Positions 54,628 through 64,000 of a DNA stretch of 64,000 nucleotides are shown piece by piece (position 1 is the first letter of the stretch; each line of letters opens with the position of its first letter). The stretch comes from Fimbriosthenelais zetlandica (taxonomy: Eukaryota): the NCBI GenBank assembly GCA_977030845.1, contig OZ365110.1:20212001-20276000 (forward strand). The letters run 5' to 3'. Below the pieces are notes generated by a model. It searched no databases. It saw nothing but the letters and a program-made list of their open reading frames with translations, and was not told the DNA's origin. Position numbers and translations under genes: made by a program.

Positions 54628-55339
54628 ACTGCTTCCTGTCTTTTCCTCTGTCAGCGAAAGTGTGAGACGCAGTGCCCTAATTGCCCTTGAAAGGGCCTTG
54701 TTTTAAGGACCAATTGGGAGGGGCTCAGCTGGCCCCGCAGGTGAGAAAAAAGTGCTGAATATCTTAGGCTGCACTTACTAATGATCCAGACTGGCTTTGC
54801 TTGACTTGTAGGTGCATCAGCTCTGGCATATTAATGGAACCTACAGAGAGACCAATTAGGCCCCATCGAAATCCCTTCAAAGGTCCTGCTCCATTTTATT
54901 TGAAGGGGTTAGCCACTTGAGGTCCTCATGTGTGCGACAGCAAAGTATATCTTCAGCACTGTAGAGACACAGCAAGAAAGGAATAGTTCCAATCAGATAA
55001 TATTCTTATATTAGATAAATAGATATATCCAAAATGTGTCTCGCATGTAGATGCTTGCCAATCCGTCTTGGCCTTTACCATTGCAATGCAATTAATTGCA
55101 TTCTTGGAGGAATTCATAAGAAGCATGATCTTAAACTTTGCAAGAGTGTCATTTTAAGATAGGAACCTTTAGGATAAATGTTAAAATCCAATGATAAAAT
55201 CTTATAATCCTTTTTATGCTGGCTCTATATAGATTATAATGGCTTCATTGTTGTTTTTTGTCTTCGCACTGTCTGGTGGCATTCAGGAGTGGCAAAAGCA
55301 TTAACACGTTCTGATACATTTTTTTAAATAAGAACCATT

Positions 55340-55760
55340 ATATTCTGAGTGGTATAATTCTTTTCTTTCTCTGGAGCTATAGTGGATGCTAACAGAGGCG
55401 GGTTGTGTCCACATGACTGATTTAAATCCCATTCATATAACAGAAGCCACTGTTGTAGGAATAGAAGCATCCAAATCCATGTCCATCTATATGAACACCC
55501 AGCTTTTGAAAGCAAAAGGCCTCCCAGACCATATGTCTGACACTAATCAAGCAAAGCAATATTATAGAATGTTTATGAGTCCCATTTACTTGCTGATGTT
55601 ACAAGTAGACTGTTTATTCCAAGGGAAGGCCCAATCCCCGGCGGTCCTGTTCATTCGCTGCCATTGCTAGCCTGCCGGAAGCCAATGGTAGATGTACTGC
55701 TTTCATAGGTCATCCATAAAGGCCTTACCCCGATCCTCTGTCACAGCTTAGATCAATATA
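55340..55760 (-). mobile_element. LTR-retrotransposon integrase core relic
   Basis: EDRGKAFMDDL (55738-55706), then SNG / RMNRT across a frameshift, matching SDRGxxF...NGxxERxNRT. Confidence 0.65.
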
Positions 55761-56189
55761 GCCCTCACTACCTTTTTTTATCCTATCCATACGCAACTGA
55801 TATGTCATGAGTGGCCAGAGAAATATCTTCATATATACTTGGTCGAACTAGTCATAGGAACTCTCTTCCTGTTATTTTTCTCCAGTGCGTTTTCCTATGG
55901 CTTCATCATTCTTGCTTGTCTGCGGATTCAGGGTACACTGACGACTCCATATTATTTTTATCTTATGGTTTTAAAGATTGTAATTTTGATATTGAGGAAA
56001 GAGTTCCCCTTTAAATTATCTATATTATATTATCACACTGAATTATAACAGGTAGGTAGATTTTTGCTATCATCGGTTGACGATGACAACCTTAATATGG
56101 AATTAGGGAATTAGGTATTGCACCTGTCTATATTAACGCTGGATTATTCATTCAAATCTGCCATTTCTCTGTGCAGAGATGAACCAAGG

Positions 56190-56696
56190 TAGCTATAATG
56201 TCTATGGAATCATATTAGAGAGTACCGGATAATTATGAAGCGTTTCCATTTTCTGTTCTTACAGTTAACACAGATTGTGGCTGAAACGGGAAGTCCTTTT
56301 GATTCCCTCTCTGAAATCCTGTATAATATTCGATTTGAATGGTTACATGAGAATCTATACTAACGATATACCTTGCTAAGTTTCCCCACATTCCCCATTC
56401 ATCCTCTTAACATCTCCTTTTACTATTCCATTATAAATCTCGTTCACTCTTCCTTCATTGATATAATATGTGACATTTCCACCATATATTAGGCCCCATA
56501 TATGTTTACTGTACAATGTCATGCAGGTATTACCAACATAAATTGTATAATTTCCCACATTTTTATTATAGTTGTCACATTTTTTTTCATGAAGGAAGGT
56601 CATGTCTCTGAGGTTTCCATTACCCTTGTAATTCACTATAATACCATACTCACTTTGTGAGTGTTGCCCTTGGGACACATTAACCATAACCTTCAC
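56190..56696 (-). mobile_element. Tc1/IS630-like transposase relic
   Basis: LRDMTFLHE (like FxDE), SKHIWGLIYGGNVTYYINEGRVNEIY, and a frameshifted PYSPxxNPIE-like relic near 56200-56230. Confidence 0.55.
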
Positions 56697-59600
56697 TTTA
56701 ACATGTTTTCATTGGCAAACTCGGGAAGTAGGTCTGTGACATAATAAAAGGCACTTTGCCGGTTTAAATGTACCAGGCAAATAATGTTACAAGCAAGAGA
56801 AATGTGCCTTTGTTATAATTTGACTTCTCCGGCCCATTGTGTTATATTTCTTCATAGCATATCGTGTCCATGACTCCATAATGAAATTTCTATGCCCCAT
56901 AATGTAATATGGACAGTTTATGTGACTGTTATCTTTGTGCCTCACTCCCAGAGCCACAGATCACCTAGAGGCACTCACCAGCTGAAGTGGTTCCTGCGCG
57001 AGGTGTGACAGGCCATGGCCAGGGTGAAGTTACATGGTGAAGTGCTTTCACTTAATATGTTGACACAGCATAATGTTAAGCAAGCATGTCATTGTGAACA
57101 GCGGTGAGAGCCTCGTACAAATATTTGTGTTTTCCCCCTGTCTGGAGTGCGTGCCCTTGGGGGTTGTAGATGAGTTACTCAAGGGATCCAGGGTCAATCA
57201 TGGGAATGAATTATATAGTCTGCAGCATCGTTCTCTTGGGCCAAAGGTTATATACACTCGGAAAGGCGTAACAGCTATTAATTGGCAGTGATTATCATGT
57301 GGAATTCATGTCGGTATGTTATCCCAATTTCCAGCCCATATGGTAGGAATTTACGTTTACTTGTATGGGATAATCTGTTGATATATATTTTATTTGTTCG
57401 ACTGGCCAAGGAATCAGATATCAGAGATACTCATGTTTTAGTATCTGGTGAGTGTGAGTTCATGCCTGATGAATTTATATTGACCCTGATTGCTGGACTG
57501 ATTGCTGGACTCCATTGACTACCTATTGAATAAAGCTTTCAATGGAGTCTTGCTCAAACAGAAGCGTAGATACTGGAGTCACTGATGGCCCATTGTAAGT
57601 GCGATTATCTGTTCATTCAATTACATACATGTACATGTCTATCCTTCAAGTAATGGGATTATAGCATAACATTATAATTAAACGAATACCAAGATCTCAG
57701 TCACAGTTTACCTGTTATTGAGAAGATAATAATCACTAACCCAGTTTTCCTTGGGAAATAGATATAACACTTTGATAAAGAAACCTTCATTAAGATCCCG
57801 TGAAAAAGAGGATAAAGCAATGCTTCATTTCCGTCAAATTACTTTTGTCTTCTGTTCAATTTCCTGTCCTAACCAGGAAATTGATTAGAAAACAATTCGT
57901 GCCGAGAATAACTATTGTCTCATTTGATCTATTTATATCTCATTTTTATCTCATTTATATCTATTTTTAATCGAACTAAAAATTATGAGCTTTTACATAA
58001 CATACATAATTATGAGCATTTACATAATTATGAAATCTTGGTTACCAATTAGAAACACAGTAAAGTGTCTGTATATTGGAATGAAAGACTAACAAACACA
58101 AGTATCTTCAGGGCACCTAACCCGGGAGATTAATAATGTTGTAAGGGGCCCCGCACTATGAGTCATGTAGTATAGGACAAACATCAAGAGCAACTGAAAC
58201 CCTGGGCCCCAAATCATAGAAAAATACTAACCATCAAATTAGTATTTTTAGGTATTCTTTATATACCGATTAGTGTGGTTTGCACCTAGTTAGATATGTA
58301 TACATGTTATGTATACCTTAAAAGGCAAAAATCTGTGGTAGCCAAATATAAATTTGTTTTTTTTATGATCATCAACATTTAGTCAGAATTCTGTTCGAAA
58401 TAGACCGATGGATTAAGGCTGGAGGATGACAATTGTAAGTAAATACATAAATCACACTAGCTGACATGGCGTGGAAGGAAATCATTGAGCCATGTATCCT
58501 CCTTCATGCTTCACTGTTCATTCCTCCGCTCCGTTCTGTTGGTGATATTGATATAGGGCACTATCTTATACCAGGAGTCTCTATTCGTATGTCATGGTTC
58601 AGTGGATATGGCACTCCCAACATCAAATGAGACTCTACTTGGGGAAATGAACTCTTATCTTGATGTTATCACTTCATCAGGGATCTGTTCCACAACTAAA
58701 ATGCACTACATAGTCAATAGGATATATGGCAATAATGGAGTGCAACTGCTTTCTGAAACAGCCCCTGGGAATCCCAGATTGCAATGCTTTTAAGCCAGAC
58801 CAATAGTCTCTTGGTCATAACTTCAGAGACATTGAGGACTGTTACATAAAGAAATTACTTAAAACAAGTCTCAATAAAGCCCTTGGTCATTTATGTATCA
58901 TATGACCCTTTATTAATGGTATTTAATTACGGTATTAATATTTATACCGCATAACATTTTATATGGAATCAAAAATATATAATTATGCACTTTTAATGAA
59001 CATTCCGTGGAGATCTTCCATTTTCAAAGAACTAAGTTCTGAAAGTTGCTCCCTAGGAAATCTAAAAGCTTTTCCATAGAAAAAGTCTTTGGATAAAGGA
59101 CCCATGTTGACTAATGTTATCAGCTTTACCCAGCCTGGCCACGTGCTGTAGTCTCCTGACATCTAAGTTGTTCCACTCTAGCTTATTGGTTTAAAAATAA
59201 TTTAAAAAGTTGGTATTGTAGGTCCAAGAGATCAGCACCACCTGCTTTCACAGTGCCAAAAAATAAAACAGGAAGAAGGGGACATTGGACTGGATGGGTC
59301 CAGCTTATTTCATTAGATTCAGTACCCAGCTGCAGAGTTCTGATTGAAATCTATGGTGAAGCCTTTCGGAGCTAAATTCAGTGGGCTTTTCTTCCTGACA
59401 AAATTCTTCTGCTGCAAAAGATTCCTCATGCATGAAAGAAATGTGAGACCGCCGGATGCATATCGCACTTTCAGAATGGTGAGATGGCCAGACCCGAATG
59501 GCCAGACAGACTTCCTTACTGAAGTTTGAGATTGTCAGTACCAATTGGCCATAATTATGACCTTTTCATAATGCATGGTGAGATAGCCAGTCCCATAAGG

Positions 59601-59700
59601 GAGCCAGCACTTTCAGAATGGTGAGATTGTCGGTTCCAAATGGCCAGAATAGTGGTAAGATCACTAGTCCCTCTGCATGGGCAGTCATTTCTTTCAGAAT

Positions 59701-59802
59701 TGTGAAATCACCGGTACCAAATGGCGAGATCGCATGTGAAATCACCGATACCAAATGGCGAGATGGCATGTGAAATCACCGATACCAAATGGCGAGATGG
59801 CA
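59701..59802. repeat. 34-bp tandem repeat x3, inside a degenerate array spanning about 59465-59890
   Basis: Unit TGTGAAATCACCGATACCAAATGGCGAGATGGCA at 59701, 59735 and 59769. The first copy differs at two positions; there are no spacers. Confidence 0.95.
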
Positions 59803-61440
59803 GTCTCAAACATTGAGATGGCCCTTGCAGAATGACGAGATTGCAAGTTTCAAATGAGGAGATCACCCTTCAATATGGTGAGATAGCAATCCCTAATGAT
59901 GCATCTTGTTTTTGTGTCAGCTGATACTTCTGCTAACCACCAATGCTTATTGCTCAACACTCGATATGTTTATCTTGGCGAAAGCCTTACAGCTCCAAGT
60001 GATAGGATGAGGAACTATGAGTGGCAAAAATAGTAGTAATCGGATAGATAAGTATCGTATCTACAAACATTGCTGACATAATACTCTGAGCAGTTTTTTG
60101 TGAGGTGATAACTACTACACGTATAAGGAACTTGTATAAATGACACAATTGGTATAGAATGGCAATGCAATTATCATTATTTGTAAGCTCCCTTTACTAA
60201 TATGCCTTGTTATTCAGTTCTTAGCTTAGCCTCATCTAGTAAGGGACATACAGGAGTATACATAAGCTTGAGTGCATGAATGTAATACCTGTCAGGTTAA
60301 TACAAGTTACATGTCAATAACTCCGCGATTTGATGTAAAGCTGGCTATCTGTCTTAGCAGGGGGTAACTAAAGTTTGAATAATAATATTATAGACTCATA
60401 GCCTTCTACTCTTCACTCCCTTACATAAACTTACATAAACAAGTCGAGAGCCAATGCCACTGAGCGCTATAGTTGGAGGTAATTCTGGAAATTCCCAACC
60501 TCTGTATTGAAAAATACTTGGACTCAAGCCCTGAACACTATTGCTGTTCTGGCCCGAGCCGTTGTCTGAGCAAAGAAAATTAATTTTGCAACTAAGGTCC
60601 ATTGAAATCAAACATGCCACATGCATACTATGGAACGGAGGGAGAGCCATGCATGTAAAAATCCACTTGGCTCCCTGCTTTCCATGGTACGTGGGGGTCA
60701 GATAGGGACATGCGAGTATATGACTTGATTTAAGGTGAGGCTGGTGTTCAGGACTGAAGCTGGGCCAGACTTGTGATACCAGAATGAGGTCAAACTCACA
60801 CCTAAGGCTACCTACCTCATTTATATACATAACCATGTAGTCATACTTCATTCACCTCCCAACCTACCTCCTCCACGTACACCTGGGGCTCAATGATGAT
60901 CGCCAGAGAGAAGTTAATTTAGCAAACAGTGTATTTCATATCATAGCACAAAATACTCACGGGGCCTCTTTCGGGAGAAGATTACCCACCGGTATGTGTA
61001 TGGCCTAATGTAGCGTATGTTTCTTATATAGAAACAAATTCCTTATCTTACTTAATACCTTTGGGGATTAAACAGACAAAATAGGATTCGGCAAATTGGG
61101 TTTTAGGTTTCAGCCTAAAACCTTGTCGAAGATTAATTTTCACGCCGTTATTTGCTCATTGTGTTAATTATCATCACATTTTTTTCCGTTCGTTATTCGT
61201 TCGTTAACCTTAAACTCTATTAATTGTTAAATTAATTAACTCTGTATATAATTTGAGAAAATGTAGAGACATGATATTGTGGTCCAGACGCGGTAAAGCC
61301 AGACATGGCTTGGCCACTGGCAAAATATCCTCCTGAAACATGTTGCGTTCCTGTTTCTAGAAACCAATAGCAACGAATTGTTTTTGTTTCAAATTTCGTT
61401 GACATTTATATTAACAGAGATATATTTTCTCTATTTTCAG

Positions 61441-61502
61441 ATAGTGGAGAAGGCCAGGGGGTTGAGGAGAGAGATAGGGACGTCCTGGAGGCGTTATTAT
61501 AG
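61441..61502 (+). CDS. weak candidate terminal exon ((D)SGEGQGVEERDRDVLEALL*)
   Basis: Good acceptor (ATTAAC branch-like, ttttctctattttcAG ending 61440) after an AT-rich island, phase 1, stop TAG at 61500-61502. The downstream DNA looks TE-like, so this may be only a junction. Confidence 0.22.
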
Positions 61503-63499
61503 CGAGCCAGCAGCTGGAAGCAGTCTGTTCTCACTGTCTCTTTTGTGCTTGACTAGATCAGCACCAGCACTGCATGCCAGTCAACGCTAACTGAGGTAGT
61601 CGCTGAACGCTAGGGGTGAGAGAGAAGGGAGAAGGGAAAAGAGAGTAGAGGGAGCGATACCCACACCACTCCCGCCCACAACCCCTACCACTGACAGATA
61701 GCCACCGCCATTGAATATTCCAAATACCTCCGGTAGGGCGCCTTGCTTCTTCCATTGGATAAATAATACCTGTGTTTAAGTCTGGCAGTATGGGGATACC
61801 AAGTTACTACAATTCCATGCTCTAATACCCCCAAAAGATACTCTCTGGACCTTGGAATACATGTATCGAGAATGGACAATGGAATTAATCACATGAGTCT
61901 AATTGCACTGGAATTACATAAGTTACTTATTGAGATGTGATTGGAGAACATAATAACTTTACACAATGTAAAAATGTAAAAAGAGGGAGACTGAAGCCCC
62001 TGAAAGACTTTATCGATCAAAGGACAGTGTTTGTTTTCAGGGTGATCCAAACGATCCAACCACGGGGTTTACCAGAAGTTACCCCTCTTTCACTATACTA
62101 CTGGAAGGTGTAATGACATATTTTGACTGGAGCTACCAAGCTTACCCACTACAAACAGAAAAACTCGCTAGTTTGATTAAAAAAGCTAAGCCCCATTCAT
62201 TCGGACTGAAAACGTTTGTTTAGCAACCTACACTTGGCTGGAGGAGGAAAAAATAGAACTGAATCCTAGCCCTAAATCTGTCAGGAGGAGGAATTGTTGA
62301 TCAGGCGGGACAGGTGCTGAGAATCCCGGAGGAAGAGAGGAAAGGAGTGGGGGAGAACCTAGCCAAGGTCTGCGTAAGATAAGGGAGGTTCTTTCCACCA
62401 GCTAGTGACATATATCTTCACATTTCCTGGCATCATTGATCATCAATCAAAGGCCTGCCCGTTGTCTACTGAGAGGCGGCCGTGTTTTATGAGTAGGGGG
62501 TGGAATCTGTCCACCATACATGTAGGTGAGAGGAGGTGCCGGAGGAAGGAGGAGGTGGGGTGGCTTTCCTCTCGCTCTTTTATAGCTACCTTGGTGCTGG
62601 CATTAATGGGCTGGTTTAGTAGAGCGCTGGCAGGGCCTTGTGTAGCCAGACATGTGTGCTGAATGAACCAGAGTGTGGGAATTCTTCACAGATATCACTA
62701 TAGTCAGCCCAGTGAATAAAGAGACAGGCGTACAGTTACTCAAACACCCTACCTGCCTACCACTTTAACACCAACCAGTGCTCAACACACACTGGAGGGA
62801 TCTTCTCCCACAAAGCAAGCCACCAAATCCACACCTCTCCCCATACCACCTCCTACTTGGTCTTGGACCCATAAAGCCAACTCCCGCCTGCCTTCCAGCC
62901 AACCAAACAACACCAACTCATGCTCCTACATATTCTCTATAGACCATTCCCAGCCTGTACACGGGAGAAGGCGGTGGAGGTTCGATAAGTTAGGTACACT
63001 TTCTGAAGACCTGGAGGAGAAGTGCCCCTGGAGAGATTCAGTGGGAGAGAGCACGTGTGGCTGGTCGTTCAGCAACAGCTCCACTCCAGTAAGTACCGCC
63101 AAAGCCCACCTGGCGGCTCTGACCTCTCAGTGTGTGGAGTAAGTATTGGAAGGTGAGAGAGACCGTCTAGTATTGAGAAGTAGGGCCAGGTTGGTGTGTA
63201 AGATCTACACTCACTGGAGAAGCTAGTGGAGGTAGTACGACTGGAGGAGCTGAAGAAGACCATTACATACAGGGACCATCACAAGGAGGAGGTTAACTAA
63301 GCCAACCTCGACAGTACCCTACACTACGTCACACCTCCCACACAAACCTACACACACTTTCAATGGAATACCTTTTATTTTTATCCTGACAAAACTCTAC
63401 TACAGGTCCAAAAACAATCTGTAGTGATCATTATCAACTTTTAACAATCTCTACTAAGAACGAAACATTGGATATTTCAAGCGGTCTGTAACCTTTCTT

Positions 63500-63960
63500 C
63501 AAGTCAAACACTGACTCCACCTCACCTGGATTTGAGTGAAGAAACTCTTGCTGATGGAATTTACTTGCTTACGAACAAGTCAGAAAACATTAATCAAGTG
63601 AAAGCTTGCCTGATTTAGAGCCTTGAAATCCAGGGAAGCCGGATATACCGGATTCCACACTAAAACCAAGTCCTTGGAAGACTATAGTTTGTCAATATCA
63701 TCTCCTATATATTATACTTAATACCTTAATCGGTGTTGCAGGGGATCGTTGGTACCATTAATCCAATAAGGGTTTTGTTCATCAAGAAAACCTAATATTC
63801 ATTGGCTTCCCCGAGATATAAAGATTTAAGCAAGGCAACTCAATACAGAGAATCAGTTTGAGCAATTACTTGCTGCTTGATCCATGTGTAATGAAGTATT
63901 GATTGGGAGGATCCACTAATCCCAGCTTAAAGTTATCACAACTGATGGCTTACTCCTCTC
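63500..63960 (-). mobile_element. LINE reverse transcriptase relic
   Basis: RGSQ*ILGF (like RGxxQGxxLSP), YIGDDID at 63711-63691 (like YADDI), then KALNQ (like GLxLNxxK). Confidence 0.5.
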
Positions 63961-64000
63961 ACTAATAAGAGTCATTCAGACAGGACCTGGTGCATTCCCC

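Noticed and set aside
59701-59802. 34-bp repeats as a CRISPR array
   Set aside because: The units are head-to-tail with no spacers, no cas genes are present, and the context is eukaryotic.
60396-60851. Longest ORF (151 aa, - strand) as a gene
   Set aside because: No recognisable domain, composition like random frames, and surrounded by TE-like DNA.
1-64000. tRNA, rRNA or a prokaryotic defence/operon-type system
   Set aside because: No cloverleaf with a T-loop, no rRNA-like segment, and no long or co-oriented ORFs were seen. A tRNAscan-SE/Infernal run would confirm.

Overview
This is eukaryotic, AT-rich, repeat-saturated DNA, not a prokaryotic locus. The supplied track has no ORF longer than 151 aa, and most of its ORFs are noise or decayed transposon fragments. 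By eye I found no rRNA, tRNA, CRISPR array or operon. About 30 short, frameshifted relics of mobile elements are recognisable by motif: Ty3/Gypsy gag-protease, RT, RNase H and integrase; LINE reverse transcriptases and an endonuclease; Tc1/IS630, pogo, MULE/SWIM and CACTA-like transposases; LTR-like segments; and a TA-flanked MITE. None is intact and I could not pair any LTRs. Scattered among them, mostly in TE-poor AT-rich islands, are several very short (31-69 nt) candidate + strand exons with canonical splice signals (best: 2567-2604 and 22776-22816). These suggest that most of the window is TE-filled intron of one host gene with introns up to about 20 kb. About three quarters of the oriented TE relics lie on the - strand, which independently fits that view. 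The host protein cannot be identified, and two incompatible splice paths both fit. The organism cannot be determined; a large-genome fungus or animal seems likelier than a flowering plant, but this is inference only. I found no well-supported novel multi-gene system.
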